Source of the DNA: Candidatus Krumholzibacteriota bacterium
GTDB taxonomy: Bacteria; Krumholzibacteriota; Krumholzibacteriia; JAJRXK01
Direction: 5' to 3'
Assembly: GCA_963727455.1 (NCBI GenBank)
Contig: CAVSGG010000017.1
Coordinates: 128,001 to 192,000 of the forward strand
Length of the DNA stretch: 64,000 nucleotides
The translations under genes and the position numbers were made by a program. Under the pieces are notes generated by a model that worked only from the letters and a program-made list of their open reading frames with translations, made no database searches and was not told the origin of the DNA. Below are positions 18,344 to 29,403 of the stretch, piece by piece. Position 1 is the stretch's first letter. The number at the start of each line of letters is the position of its first letter.

Positions 18344-19753
18344 TCAGTCCGCGCCGCTGCGCAGTTGGGTTAGTAAGGACTTAATGAGGCCCGCGGGGAA
18401 AACCTCGCCTTCCTGCAGCGCGGGAGCGAACTCTTCCAGCGCCTGAGCGACCTGGGCAAAGTCCCGGGGCACAGAGGCGCCTACGCCGTCATCGTCGCCA
18501 GCCGCGCTGCCGCTCAAAATCATGTCCAGCTCGGGCAGATTCTTGCCGTGAATCATGGACTGCGCCGCGGCGGCGAGCAGCAAGTAGGGCTGCACCGATC
18601 CGTCCGCGAGGCGAAATTCGATGGTGGGGGGAGTGACCGCGCTGCCGTCCTCGCTCACCGCCTGAATGGGCAGACGCACCAGCGCGTGACGGTTGAACCG
18701 CCCCCAGGTGATGGACGAAGGGGCTTCCTTGCCCTGGCTAAGACGCAGGAAGGAGTCCTCGCTGCGGTTGCCGAAGGCCATCAATGCTCCGCCCATGGTC
18801 ACGAGTCCCCCGATGAGCCAGCGAGCTTCATCCGAGAGATTTCCCGCCTCATCCATTCCTCCAAGATGCTGCTTGTCCTTGAAGGGGGAGAAGTGGAAGT
18901 GCATGCCGCTCCCGGCGTGCCCTGCGCGCAGGATGGGATCGAAGGAGCAGGGCATGCCGTGTAGGCGCGCCAGATGGCGCAGCACCCACTGGGTGAGCAC
19001 GACTCCCTCGGCAGCATCGGGCAGAGGCCTCAGCGCCAGCTCGATCTCGTGCTGTTCCCAGATGTGACCGTCGGCTTCGCTGGCCTCGATGTAGCCCACC
19101 TCGCTGTGAGCGTACTTTACGCATACGCCGATCTCGGTGAGGATGGCCAAGGCTTCGCGGCGCAAGGCCTCTCCGAAGACGAAGGGAGCCGTGGCATGGT
19201 AGCCACGATCACGGCTGCCGTAGACGTCGCTCTCCTCGGCCCGCTTGCCCAGGAAGTACTCCACCTCGCCGAGGGCGAGCAGCTCCACTCCAGTGAGCTC
19301 TTTCACGCGCTCGAAAGCGCGCCGCACGATGGTGTCGGGCGACTGGGGCAGGGGACTGCCGTCGCGACCCATGTGCTCACAGAAGAAGGCCAGGGTGGGA
19401 TAGGGGCTGAAGGGATCGAAGAAGGCGCTGCCGATCCGCGGGCGCAACACGATGTCGCTGGCGCCCGCCTTGATTCCCGTGTCTGCGAAGAGCGAGGAGC
19501 CGTCAGCACGCTCACCGGCGGCTAGAATCTCACGGAGATGCTCCTGGCTGCGCGGAGCGAAGTCGAGGGTCTTCAAGCAGCCGTCGCTGCCCACGTGCAT
19601 GAGCGCAACAGTGCGCACTCCGCTGTCCTGCACCACGCGCACCATGTCGTGGATGGTCCACTGGCTGCGGGGCTTTCCCAAGAAGCGGCGAACACGACCG
19701 GCGGGGAGGGGAGTGAGATCCTGATCGATCCAGTGCCGGGTCGTGGAAGTCAT
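18344..19753 (-). CDS. glnA: Glutamine synthetase family protein (type I-like)
   Basis: DGSS, GEVEY, HSEVG, QHEIEL, GSGMHFHFS, RL..GKEAP, NRHALVRLP and IEFRLAD. Confidence 0.88.
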   Translation of the reverse strand: MTSTTRHWIDQDLTPLPAGRVRRFLGKPRSQWTIHDMVRVVQDSGVRTVALMHVGSDGCLKTLDFAPRSQEHLREILAAGERADGSSLFADTGIKAGASDIVLRPRIGSAFFDPFSPYPTLAFFCEHMGRDGSPLPQSPDTIVRRAFERVKELTGVELLALGEVEYFLGKRAEESDVYGSRDRGYHATAPFVFGEALRREALAILTEIGVCVKYAHSEVGYIEASEADGHIWEQHEIELALRPLPDAAEGVVLTQWVLRHLARLHGMPCSFDPILRAGHAGSGMHFHFSPFKDKQHLGGMDEAGNLSDEARWLIGGLVTMGGALMAFGNRSEDSFLRLSQGKEAPSSITWGRFNRHALVRLPIQAVSEDGSAVTPPTIEFRLADGSVQPYLLLAAAAQSMIHGKNLPELDMILSGSAAGDDDGVGASVPRDFAQVAQALEEFAPALQEGEVFPAGLIKSLLTQLRSGAD

Positions 19754-19824
19754 GGTCGAGCCTTTCGGAAACCAGCAGAACCGGCCCTGGGCTCCTGTGC
19801 TGTGGCCGAGTTCTGTGCCTTCGA

Positions 19825-19911
19825 TGGTGCCCGGAGGGAGACTCGAACTCCCACGAGGTTGCCCCCACTACGACCTGAACGTAGCGCGTCTGCCAATTCC
19901 GCCATCCGGGC
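19825..19911 (-). tRNA. tRNA-Leu (anticodon CAG)
   Basis: Reverse complement GCCCGGATGGCGGAATTGGCAGACGCGCTACGTT-CAG-GTCGTAG...GTTCGAGTC...CCGGGCACCA, with long variable arm and encoded CCA. Confidence 0.97.
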
Positions 19912-20058
19912 GCCCTTTCAGCACGAGGAACTTGGCTCCTCGGCGGGGAACGGAGAATAGTCAGGGCCCAAGCGGGTGTCAAGAAAGGGCCCGATCCCGC
20001 CGTTGCCCCAAGGGGCGCTGTCTGTTAGCTTGATTCTCCGCCGGGGGAGAGGACGGAA

Positions 20059-20562
20059 ATGGCAGGCAAGAAGCGCTCGACCAAGGCCCAGAGCGATGTC
20101 AAATTCATTGCTCGCAACCGTAAGGCGCGCTTCAACTTCGAATTCCTCGAGCGTTTTGAAGCTGGTCTGGTTCTTCAGGGCACGGAAGTCAAGAGCCTGC
20201 GCGCAGGTCAGTGCAATTTGGGGGACGCCTACGCGGAGATCCGCAAGGGAGAGCTCTGGCTCAAGAACCTGCACATTTCTCCGTACGAACAAGCCAGCCG
20301 CGAGAATCACGATCCCCTGCGGGCGAGGAAACTCCTCATGCACCGCAAGGAGATCAGGCGCCTGGAGGGAAAGGTCGCCGAGAGAGGGCTCACCCTGGTC
20401 GCGGTGAGCCTGTACTTCAAGAAGGGCAAGGCCAAGTGTGAGCTCGCGCTGGCGCGTGGAAAGAAGATGCACGACAAGCGAGCCAGTGCGGCGGACAAGG
20501 ACATGGAACGCAAGGTCCGCAATGCCATGCGAGGCGGGATGCGCCGCCGCGGACAGGAGTAG
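20059..20562 (+). CDS. smpB: SsrA-binding protein SmpB
   Basis: IARNRKARFNF, EAGLVLQGTEVKSLR, NHDPLRARKLLMH and GKKMHDKR. Confidence 0.98.
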   Translation: MAGKKRSTKAQSDVKFIARNRKARFNFEFLERFEAGLVLQGTEVKSLRAGQCNLGDAYAEIRKGELWLKNLHISPYEQASRENHDPLRARKLLMHRKEIRRLEGKVAERGLTLVAVSLYFKKGKAKCELALARGKKMHDKRASAADKDMERKVRNAMRGGMRRRGQE

Positions 20563-20567
20563 GGCGA

Positions 20568-22142
20568 GTGGCAGATAGACGGCGATCCACTCTGAAATCG
20601 GCCCTGGACGTGGGCTTGATTCTCACCCTGGGGCTTTTGTTGCTAGTCGCTTCGAGTTCCCGGCTCGCCGCCCAAGAATCCTCTCAAAAGCAATTCGCGG
20701 CGCGCTCCGCCCGGATCAATCCGGGTGAGGGACGCCCTTCCATGACGGTTACGCTCAAACAGCTCTCGCCTCCCAGCGAAGAGTGGTACATCGCGGGCAG
20801 CGATCTCGCCGATGCACTTCAGGTCGGGAGGTTTTGGCGGGCGGATGTCCGCAAGCTAGTGCTGCGCTTGCAGGACCTGCGCGTCACCTTCACCGCGGGC
20901 GCGCGCTCGGTGGTCAGTGAGAAAAGCACGATCCTCTTGCGCACTCCGGTGGTTTTCCACCAGGGCGAACCCTGGATTCCCATGGAATTCTTCACCTCCG
21001 TTCTGCCCCAGCTCAGTGACAAGTCGGTGCGTTGGAACGCGGACGACTTCACGCTGAATCTGGGTGTGCGCATCACCAACGTACAGGGACTCAGCTTCGA
21101 GCAGGGCGATCTCTACACCCAACTCGTGGTGAAACTGAATACTCCGCTGGCGTTTCGCGTGGACGACAGTCAGCCGCGACAACTCGTGGTCAAGCTCTAT
21201 GGGGCACGGATCTCCCCTGGGGCGCTCACCGTCACTCAACCGCGGGGTTTGGTCGACAACGTGGAAGCCAGGCAGTACAGCGACTACGCCCTGCTAACGG
21301 TACATCTCAGCGAGCTGGTGAGCCGCTACCAGTCCTTGAGCCGCGCTGACGGACGCGAGATCGTGCTGAAGGTGATGCAAGAACCCATCACCACCATCCC
21401 CGAACCGGTTCCGCGCGGGCCGAAGATCGTGCAGACTCTGCCGTCCACGGAAGTAGGCAGGAAGGTTACGGTGCGGCGCGTGATCATCGATGCGGGCCAC
21501 GGCGGCGCGGACGACGGGAAGAAGGGAGTCGGCGGCCTTTTGGAGAAGGACGTCACTCTGGCCATCGCTCTCGAGCTGAAGCGCGAGTTGCAGGGCAAGG
21601 ACGGTATCCAGGTCTTTCTCACTCGCGACGACGATTCGACGGTGGGACTCATCGAGCGCACGGAATTCGCCAATCAACAACGCGGCGACCTCTTCCTCTC
21701 GATTCATTGCAACGGTTGGTACGCTCCCGACGCCAAAGGGGTGGAGACCTATTTCTTATCTCCCGCGAAAACACAGTGGGACTCCACCGTCGCGCGCGAG
21801 GAAAATCTCACCACTGGTGTCGCCCAGGACGTCGACTTCATCGTTTGGGACTTGGTCCAGAACCAGTTCATCCAGGAGAGCGCGACTTTGGCCGAAGAGG
21901 TTCAACAGGGCCTTTCCAGCGATCTGAAGCTGGACAACCGCGGCGTGAAGCAGGCGGGATTCCGCGTTCTGGTCGGAGCATACATGCCGGCGATTTTGGT
22001 GGAAGTGGCGTTTCTCTCCAATCCGCAAGAAGCAAAGCTTTTGGCTTCCCGGGATTTTCACCGACGCGTGGCGCATTCCTTGGCGCAGGCGATCCTGAAA
22101 TTCCGTGATCGGATGGAAGCGGTGCGGGAGGAAAAGCCGTGA
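20568..22142 (+). CDS. N-acetylmuramoyl-L-alanine amidase (Amidase_3) with N-terminal accessory domains
   Basis: Signal peptide; IIDAGHGG, LEKDVTL, FLSIHCN and MPAILVEVAFLSN. Confidence 0.93.
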   Translation: MADRRRSTLKSALDVGLILTLGLLLLVASSSRLAAQESSQKQFAARSARINPGEGRPSMTVTLKQLSPPSEEWYIAGSDLADALQVGRFWRADVRKLVLRLQDLRVTFTAGARSVVSEKSTILLRTPVVFHQGEPWIPMEFFTSVLPQLSDKSVRWNADDFTLNLGVRITNVQGLSFEQGDLYTQLVVKLNTPLAFRVDDSQPRQLVVKLYGARISPGALTVTQPRGLVDNVEARQYSDYALLTVHLSELVSRYQSLSRADGREIVLKVMQEPITTIPEPVPRGPKIVQTLPSTEVGRKVTVRRVIIDAGHGGADDGKKGVGGLLEKDVTLAIALELKRELQGKDGIQVFLTRDDDSTVGLIERTEFANQQRGDLFLSIHCNGWYAPDAKGVETYFLSPAKTQWDSTVAREENLTTGVAQDVDFIVWDLVQNQFIQESATLAEEVQQGLSSDLKLDNRGVKQAGFRVLVGAYMPAILVEVAFLSNPQEAKLLASRDFHRRVAHSLAQAILKFRDRMEAVREEKP

Positions 22143-22699
22143 AGATCCCGCGCTGGTTGGTTGGAACGATCGCAGTGGTGCTGATCTTGGGGGGAGGAGT
22201 CTTTGTCTGGGAGGAATTTTTCCACCAAAAGCGCGCGCCGGAGGAGCTCGAGATCACCGAGCCCTTGGACGAGCAGGGAATGCGCAGTGTCACCCTCTAC
22301 TTCGGAGGGCGTAAGGCCGAGGGCTTCGTCAGCGAACGGCGCATCATTACCGCTTCCCTGCATCGCGATGAAGAAGTTCAGGAGGTAGTGAAGGAGCTGC
22401 TGAGGGGGCCCAAGAGCGCCAACGCCGTACGTACCTGGCCCGAAGGCACCGCGCTGCGCGACGTTTTCTACGACGACGATCTCCACCTGCTGTATCTCGA
22501 TTTCAATACTGCCTTGGTTTCCGGGGATACTGGTGGCAGTGCCATGGAAACCATGACGCTCGGCGCGCTATTGCGTACCATCGCCGTCGACTTCCCCGAA
22601 GTGGATGCGGTGCAGATCTTGGTGAATGGTCTCGAGGTCGAGACACTCGCCGGTCACATCGATTGCACCAAGCCCTTTCATCCACGCGAGTGGCTCTAG
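22139..22699 (+). CDS. GerMN domain-containing protein
   Basis: TM anchor, VTLYF, ELLRGP and VQILVNG...ETLAGHID. Typical position between amidase and murI. Confidence 0.88.
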   Translation: MKIPRWLVGTIAVVLILGGGVFVWEEFFHQKRAPEELEITEPLDEQGMRSVTLYFGGRKAEGFVSERRIITASLHRDEEVQEVVKELLRGPKSANAVRTWPEGTALRDVFYDDDLHLLYLDFNTALVSGDTGGSAMETMTLGALLRTIAVDFPEVDAVQILVNGLEVETLAGHIDCTKPFHPREWL

Positions 22700-22740
22700 A
22701 CTCCAATCCGGCGCGGGGATGATCCGCGCACAGCACACCC

Positions 22741-23610
22741 ATGGACCCAAGACCTATCGGGGTATTCGACAGCGGCGTCGGCGGACTTACCGTCTTGCGG
22801 GCGCTTCGCGAGCGCCTGCCCAAAGAGAGCTTCGTGTATCTGGGAGATACCGCCCGCGTGCCCTACGGCACCAAGGGTGTGGCCACCATTCGCCGTTTCG
22901 CACTGCAAGCTGCCCGCTATCTGGAGTCGCGCGGGGTGAAACGTTTGGTGGTCGCGTGTAACACCGCCAGTTCCTACGCCATCGACATCCTGCGCGAGAA
23001 ATGCTCGGTACCGGTGGAGGGCGTGGTGGAGCCGGGAGTGGAGGCAGCGCTGCGGGTGAGCCAGGGGCACGTCGGGGTCATCGGAACTCCGGCTACCATT
23101 GCCAGTGATCGCTACGGCGAACTCTTGCGCGCGGCCAAACCGGAGATGCGCGTGGAAAGCCAGCACTGCCCTCTCTTCGTGCCTCTGGCCGAGGAAGGTT
23201 GGACGGACGATGCCATCGCCCTCAGCGTGGCCGAACGCTATCTCGCCGGTCTGCGGCGCGCCGGGATTGACACCCTCATTCTAGGCTGCACGCACTATCC
23301 ACTGCTCAAACATGCCATCGCGCAGGTGATGGGGGAGAAGGTGACACTGGTCGATTCGGCTCTGGTGCTGGCGGAGGCGGTGGAAAAAGACCTGCGGAAG
23401 GGTGACGCCCTCTCGGACGGACCGGGGAGCGTGCAACTCGTGGTCAGCGACCTCCCCCAGCGCTTCGCCGAGATCAGCCGGCGCTTCCTGCTCACCGAGG
23501 TGCCCGAAGTGGAAGTGGTGGATCTCGAGTTGGTGCCGGCTTCGACTCAGGCGGCAGCGAAAAGCGCGAGTAAAGACAAGAGTCAACCCGCGGGAAAGGA
23601 TCCCTCATGA
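22741..23610 (+). CDS. murI: Glutamate racemase
   Basis: IGVFDSGVGGLTV, GDTARVPYG, VACNTAS and LGCTHYP. Confidence 0.98.
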   Translation: MDPRPIGVFDSGVGGLTVLRALRERLPKESFVYLGDTARVPYGTKGVATIRRFALQAARYLESRGVKRLVVACNTASSYAIDILREKCSVPVEGVVEPGVEAALRVSQGHVGVIGTPATIASDRYGELLRAAKPEMRVESQHCPLFVPLAEEGWTDDAIALSVAERYLAGLRRAGIDTLILGCTHYPLLKHAIAQVMGEKVTLVDSALVLAEAVEKDLRKGDALSDGPGSVQLVVSDLPQRFAEISRRFLLTEVPEVEVVDLELVPASTQAAAKSASKDKSQPAGKDPS

Positions 23611-24350
23611 GCCGTCCCAAGGACCGTAAGCCGCACGCATTGCGATCGGTGAAGATCACACCTCACTACTTGCGTCACGCCGAGGGCTCCGCGCTCATCG
23701 AAATGGGCGAGACCAAGGTGGTGTGCGCCGCATCCATCGCTCCGGGAGTTCCGCGCTGGCGCAGAGACAGCGGCTTGGGTTGGGTGACCTCCGAGTACGG
23801 GATGCTCCCGCGCGCCACCAACGAACGCACCATGCGCGAGCGTGGCCACGTGGGGGGGCGCACCAGCGAAATCCAACGGCTCATTGGACGCAGTTTGCGC
23901 TCGGTGACCGACATGGGGATTTTCGGCGAGTTCACATTGACTGTCGACTGCGACGTGATCGAGGCCGACGGCGGCACCCGGACGGCGAGTATCACCGGGG
24001 GCAGCGTCGCGCTGTGGATCGCGCTGGAGCGCATGAGGCGCAAGCTGCGTCTGAGCCAGCATCCCATGGCCTGCCATGTGGGCGCGGTCAGCGTGGGCAT
24101 CGTCGAAAACGAGATCGTGCTGGATCTGGAGTACGTCGAGGACTCCATGGCCGAGGTGGACATGAACGTGGTGATGACGGGTAAGGGGAAGTTCGTGGAG
24201 ATCCAGGGCACGGCCGAAGGAGAAAACGCGGCTTTCGACGACGCGCAGCTGCAAGCCATGCTGAATCTGGCGCGCGGTGGAATTCAACTTCTGGGAAAGA
24301 TCCAATCCCAGGCCTGCGAGATCGCCATGAAGACGATGGAGGAGCGTTGA
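23607..24350 (+). CDS. rph: Ribonuclease PH
   Basis: EYGMLPRAT, GRTSEIQRLIGRSLR, ADGGTRTASITG and EIQGTAEG. Confidence 0.98.
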   Translation: MSRPKDRKPHALRSVKITPHYLRHAEGSALIEMGETKVVCAASIAPGVPRWRRDSGLGWVTSEYGMLPRATNERTMRERGHVGGRTSEIQRLIGRSLRSVTDMGIFGEFTLTVDCDVIEADGGTRTASITGGSVALWIALERMRRKLRLSQHPMACHVGAVSVGIVENEIVLDLEYVEDSMAEVDMNVVMTGKGKFVEIQGTAEGENAAFDDAQLQAMLNLARGGIQLLGKIQSQACEIAMKTMEER

Positions 24351-25000
24351 TGGGGAAGGCCCGGGTACTCGTCCTCGCCACGCGCAACCGCGACAAGCTG
24401 AGCGAGATGCGGCGGCTCTTCGCCGATCTTCCTCTGGAGGATCTGCGCTGTGCTCTCGACTTTCCGCAGCTGGAGGAGGTCGAGGAGACGGGAACGACCC
24501 TGGCGGAAAACGCACTGCTGAAAGCGCACGCGGTGGCACAAGCTACCGGCTTGATGAGCGTGGGTGACGACACCGGACTCTTCGTGGATGCACTCGCGGG
24601 TGCGCCCGGCATCTACGCCGCGCGCTACGCGGGCGAGGGTTGCACCTACTCCGACAACCGCGAGAAACTGCTGCGCGAGTTGGCTTCCGCTCCCGCACCG
24701 CGGCGAGCGCGCTTCAAGACCGTTATGGCTCTGGTGGATCCGCAGGGTGAAAATGGCGCAGGCGAGCACGTGGTGGAAGGGGTGCTCGAGGGGGAGATCA
24801 TCCGCGAGATGCGCGGCGACGGCGGCTTCGGATACGATCCCGTATTCCTTTTGCCGGCGGAGGGCCGCACCCTGGCGGAAATGTCGCTGGAGGAGAAGAA
24901 TCGCATCAGCCACCGGGCCCAGGCGGCGGCGGCGATGCACGAGTATTTGCGAGAGTATCTGGCGAAAAACTCTCAGCGCGGCGCGCGAGGCTCGGCGTGA
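24347..25000 (+). CDS. rdgB: Non-canonical purine NTP pyrophosphatase RdgB/HAM1
   Basis: LATRN..K, ENALLKA, DDTGL, GFGYDPVF and KNRISHR. Confidence 0.96.
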   Translation: MMGKARVLVLATRNRDKLSEMRRLFADLPLEDLRCALDFPQLEEVEETGTTLAENALLKAHAVAQATGLMSVGDDTGLFVDALAGAPGIYAARYAGEGCTYSDNREKLLRELASAPAPRRARFKTVMALVDPQGENGAGEHVVEGVLEGEIIREMRGDGGFGYDPVFLLPAEGRTLAEMSLEEKNRISHRAQAAAAMHEYLREYLAKNSQRGARGSA

Positions 25001-25075
25001 GGGAGCTGCCGCGGGCGGGACTCAGCTTGACGGAAGGCCGATTTGTGGCGAGATTCTCCGTCCCCTTCGAACGGT

Positions 25076-25152
<77 letters not shown>

Positions 25153-25181
25153 AGTTTGCCTCTCCGCATTGATGGTTACGC

Positions 25182-25213
25182 AAAAACAAGCCCCGCTTCA
25201 TGCGACGCGGGGC
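25182..25213 (-). terminator. Probable intrinsic terminator for the convergent gene at 25246-25893
   Basis: GCCCCGC/GCGGGGC stem followed on the minus strand by TTGTTTTT. Confidence 0.55.
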
Positions 25214-25245
25214 CCGTTTCGTTCGTTCGAACGTACTCCTCGCGA

Positions 25246-25893
25246 CTAGTAACGAGCCTTCATCGCGCCCCAGCTGTTGATGCTGGTGGGAACCGGCTGT
25301 AGACAGTTGCTGTCCAGCGAGCCGTTGGCTTCGCCCGGCGTGATGCAGCGCGGACTGAAGTCCACGTTGTTCTGATCCGTATCCACGCCATCGGGATAGC
25401 GCGAAATGCCGAGGTAATCGATGCTAGGATCGTCGACCAATCCGACTCCCGAGCCTTCGGTGTACGGAGCATCGGTATCACCCTCGTAGCTGACGGCGTC
25501 GACGAGAATGTTGTTCGCGTCGCGCAACCCCACCGCATCGGGGGCACCGTTCTGGATGAGATTGGTGTCCGGGGTGATATCGAGATCGCAGTGAATGGTA
25601 TTGGCGGTGTTTGCGCAGATGACGTAGTAATCCCCGGCTGCCAGGGAGTAGGCCGGCAGAGTGATGCTTTGATACACCGTAGCGGTGCTACCGTTCACCA
25701 GCTCCACGACCCATCCGTCCAAATCGACGGCGCTCCCACTGACGTTCTTCAATTCGAGGAACTCGGCGGTATCGGTTCCGCTCTGGTCGTAGTCGATCTC
25801 GTTGATGACGATCTGGGCCATGACCAGCGTGGCGCTGAGAAGAAGAATGAGGGCTGCCATCGAGCCCGTGAGGGCCATTCGCGTAAGTCTCAT
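25246..25893 (-). CDS. Secreted lamin-tail-domain (LTD) protein ending in an SWGxxKxxY tail
   Basis: Signal peptide; IVINEIDYD...EFLELKN..GSAVDLDGW...DAVSY...TPGEAN; ends PVPTSINSWGAMKARY. Confidence 0.88.
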   Translation of the reverse strand: MRLTRMALTGSMAALILLLSATLVMAQIVINEIDYDQSGTDTAEFLELKNVSGSAVDLDGWVVELVNGSTATVYQSITLPAYSLAAGDYYVICANTANTIHCDLDITPDTNLIQNGAPDAVGLRDANNILVDAVSYEGDTDAPYTEGSGVGLVDDPSIDYLGISRYPDGVDTDQNNVDFSPRCITPGEANGSLDSNCLQPVPTSINSWGAMKARY

Positions 25894-26145
25894 GGAGGCT
25901 TCCTTTCGTTGGGCTTTTTCGGGAGGCGAAGCCACGTCGGGACCATTCCTGGCTTCCTTGGTCAGGATCTTTATCAATGAGAAGGACCTATTCGTGCAAT
26001 GCCCCCGAAGCTGGATCTAAGAGTCTCTTCGTGAGCATACACTAGGAGAGCGAGCGAAGTCGATGCGCTTCGCGGAATCCGGGCGCCCGCCCGTGCGAAC
26101 GCGCGCTCAACCCTAGGTCTACCATGGAGTTCGAGAAGCCGCGAA

Positions 26146-26916
26146 TTATTGCTGGAACAAGCTCTTGATCATGCCCCAGCTCTTGCCATCGGTCCCCACG
26201 TAGGGTTCGCAACATTCCGCAGAAGCTCGAAAGACGAGGTTGCCCGGGAAATGGGCGACAGGGTCAGTGACGAGGTCGATGTCCTGTCCGCCGGCGAAGT
26301 CCCAACTCGTACAGGCCGTTGGGTTGTTGTCGGTGACGAGGCGGGCCAGGAGAACTCCCCCAGTCGGCAACGAAGCGTCGACGAGGTGGATCCCGATAGC
26401 GTAGAGATAGCTTTTGTCCGCGCAGACACAGTCCAGCGGCAAGCCAATGGTCGTAGTTACTCGGTCGGCTGCACCGGGAAGGACGCGGTGATAGGTGGCG
26501 GCCACGCAGTGCTCCTGGGTGACGTTGTAGCAGCCTGGAGTGGTCTCCTCGGCCTCTGCAAAGGACGCCTGCACGTCGAATCGCAGCTGTCTCCGGCTGC
26601 AACCGACATGAGAAACCGGAGCTGGGTTACCTGGAAACCAGTGGGACAGACCCCACATCCCTGGGTGGGATCGAAGATGAGGTAGTAGTCTTCGGGAGGA
26701 AGAAGCCAATTCTCGATCGAAAAGTTGCCGGCATTAGTAATTCCCAGTCGACGCAGCTCCACCGGAGGCAGGGAGACTTTGCCAGGCTCCACCTGGAGCG
26801 CGTTCTCCCAGTTATCGATCCGTTTCACGATCGCCTTGCGCTGCGCGAGAGCAGCTCTGCGTGACGAAACAGAGAAGAAGCAGCAGGGAGAGTACGGACA
26901 CGGCGCGTGACTTCAT
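26146..26916 (-). pseudogene. Secreted Cys-containing protein with SWGxxKxxF tail, broken by frameshifts (pseudogene or sequencing indels)
   Basis: RBS+ATG 26916 with signal-like start MKSRAVSVLSLLLLLCF. Coding sense continues in ORFs 26457-26828 and 26146-26709. Ends YVGTDGKSWGMIKSLFQQ. Confidence 0.65.
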
Positions 26917-27073
26917 GACGACCTCGCGGAGACCCGAAAATGATGCGCTGTCCAGTCGCGGCAGTCGCATCACGTTCAGAGACCAGGGTTTCTAGCGGTA
27001 GTAGCGCCTCGTGTGCCGCATCTTGTCAAGCCCCAATCGCCCACGCTGGCGGAGAGCGTGGGATTGCTGCGCG

Positions 27074-29403
27074 TCAGGGCGCATCGCCCGGTCGCTGGAA
27101 GGTCTCGATCCGAATCGGATGGTACAGGCGATCGAGGTAGGCTTGAAGCCCGTCCAGAATCCAGATCGCCGAATCACCTCGCGGATAGATGACCACGGCC
27201 AGCCGATCATCGAGCGGATTGAAGGAGGGGAGGCCAGTCGAATCATACGACTTGCTCAACTGCAGACAGCGGCCAGACTGCGTGTCGAGCAGGTAGAGGG
27301 CCTTGTTGACCGGTCCCTGCGCGGTGACGGCCAGGCAGCGGCCGTCGCGGTTCCACGCCGGCCGGTAGAACACTTCCTGCGGCACCGCGAAACGCGATCG
27401 CTTTCCAGCTACTCAGCTCCAGCAACTGTACCCCATCCTTCTCTCGCGTCCATGCCAGGCGATCCCCCGAGGGCGAAAAGGCGGGAAAGTGATTGCCACC
27501 GTCTTGGCTCAGCTGCTCCAGCTCTCCGCTATCCAGATGCTCGAGCCAGATCTCGTCCGATCCACTGCGCTGCGAAGAGAAGGCGATGGTCTTTCCATTC
27601 GGAGACCAGTTGGGTGAAGAATCAGTCGCGGGGTCGGTGATGATCCTGGTGAGCGAATCCTGCTCGAAATCAAGGATGGCGATGTCCACGTTCTGGCCGT
27701 CGAGCACGGAGACAGCAAGCGCCTTGCTATCGGGCGACCAGGAGACCTCATCGAGGATATTCAGCCCTGAGTGAGTACCGTCCTTTCGACCCCCCCCGAC
27801 TCCCGAATGCAGATGCGGCTTTGCGCTTGTCCGAATCCGCCACACGATAGGCCAGCGATGCGCCCATCGGGCGACCAGCTCGGACTCACGTACTGCTGCT
27901 CGCCCGTGGGTGTAACCGCGTCTTCGTGAGTGGATCGCTTGCGCGATTTCGCCGATAGAGGATTCCCACTTCGGGTCGAAGGTAGACCTGGCTGAACCTG
28001 AGCTCTCCGTTGATGGCTGCTCGGTCGTACAGGAGCGGACGCAGGGCCGGCCGCAGCGAGTGGATGACGGACTTCTCGAGCATGAGATAGCGTACGTTTT
28101 CGTGCGCGAGGAAGGCCATCGACGTCCTCATAGCCGGCTATCGGAATCTCCAGATACCGCGCTCCAGCATAAAATGCGAAGTAGGGTTTGCGGTCTGCGA
28201 TGAGATCGCCGGCGTGGATGAGGTCCCGCGATTTCAGCTCCGCGTGCCGCTCGTCGGCTGAACTCGAATCGGTGCGCCGTGGAGCTCGTCAGCATGGAGT
28301 GATTGAGCCAGACCCCGACGGCGCCCGCCAGAAGCAGCGCCGAAATCACGGTCAGGCGCACGCGCCTTCTTCGCAGCATTTCGACCGTCATCAGGGCATA
28401 GAGGACGAGAATCGGCAAATAGGGCAGAACGAAGCGGGCCTCACTTCGCGGAGTGAATGCCGGATAGGCCAGGAATGGAAACAGAGCAGCTGCCAAGTAT
28501 CCGCGTCGTTTCCAGAGTCCGTACAGAGCCAGGAGAAAGGCGACAGGTAAGAGGTTGCGATTGAGGAGCAGAATCTCAGAGGGCAATCTCTTGAGATAAT
28601 CGATGGTGACATTGGTGTCCTTGACTCTGTCCTCGAGTGCTTTCTTGACAACTTGGGAGCTACTGTTGTCGATCAATGACTCGCGCTTCTGCCAGGCTTG
28701 CGCACTCAAGCCGAAATTTCCCGACTTGCTCAGCCACTGCACTTGCCCAACGGAGACCGAAAGCGCAGCCATTCCCAGAAGGTAGATCACTGCGAAGCTT
28801 CCCAGAATGCGCAGCAGGCGTCGTGGTCGCCGCAGTTGGAGAAAACTCAAAATCGCGACGATCCCGATGGCTTCCGGCCGGGTGATCGCGGCCATCCCCA
28901 GGCAGAGCCCCCCCTCGCCGAAGCGCTCGTGGCTGAGGCGAAGCAGGGCCAGCAATACCCAGAACAAATAGAGAGACTCGGACATGGTCATGAGCGAGTA
29001 CTGGATGAAGAGGGGAGTCGCGGCCAAGAGCACGGCTCCCACCAGCGCTAGTTCACGCCGGACGAAGCGAGTACACAAAAGATAAAAAACGCAGAGTGAG
29101 CCCATGGCGGCGAGCAAGGAAACGGCTTGGGCCGCGCGCACTCCGTTGTGAATGATCGGCATGAAGAGAGCAATGAATGCGGGATAGCCGATGGGAAAGG
29201 CGCTGACCGCCTGCCCCGAAAGGAGAGTCTTGGCCTGATTGATGTAGTAGGTACCGTCGTAGGAGACCAATTCGAAGAATTTCAGGAAGGGAATACGAGC
29301 GAGGAGGCTCAGGACGATCAGCCCCGCGCAGACGTAACGATCCCTAAGGAATTTGCGGTCAGTGCTCTGTTTCGCTCGCGGAAGTACCCTTACGCTTGCT
29401 CAA
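27074..29403 (-). pseudogene. GT-C (ArnT/PMT-like) membrane protein fused to a TolB/PD40 beta-propeller, with multiple frameshifts
   Basis: SYDGTYY...PIGYPAF...MSESLY...TRPE (GT-C-like) runs across frame changes into SPSWSPDG, VSWSPDS, PNWSPNG, PAFSPSG and PAWNRDG repeats. Confidence 0.7.

Noticed and set aside
18344-19753. GlnA as a catalytically altered or novel ligase
   Set aside because: The main metal- and substrate-binding motifs appear present, and nothing in the context indicates another role.
19825-20562. tmRNA next to smpB
   Set aside because: The adjacent RNA is a normal tRNA-Leu(CAG); no ssrA-like sequence was recognised.
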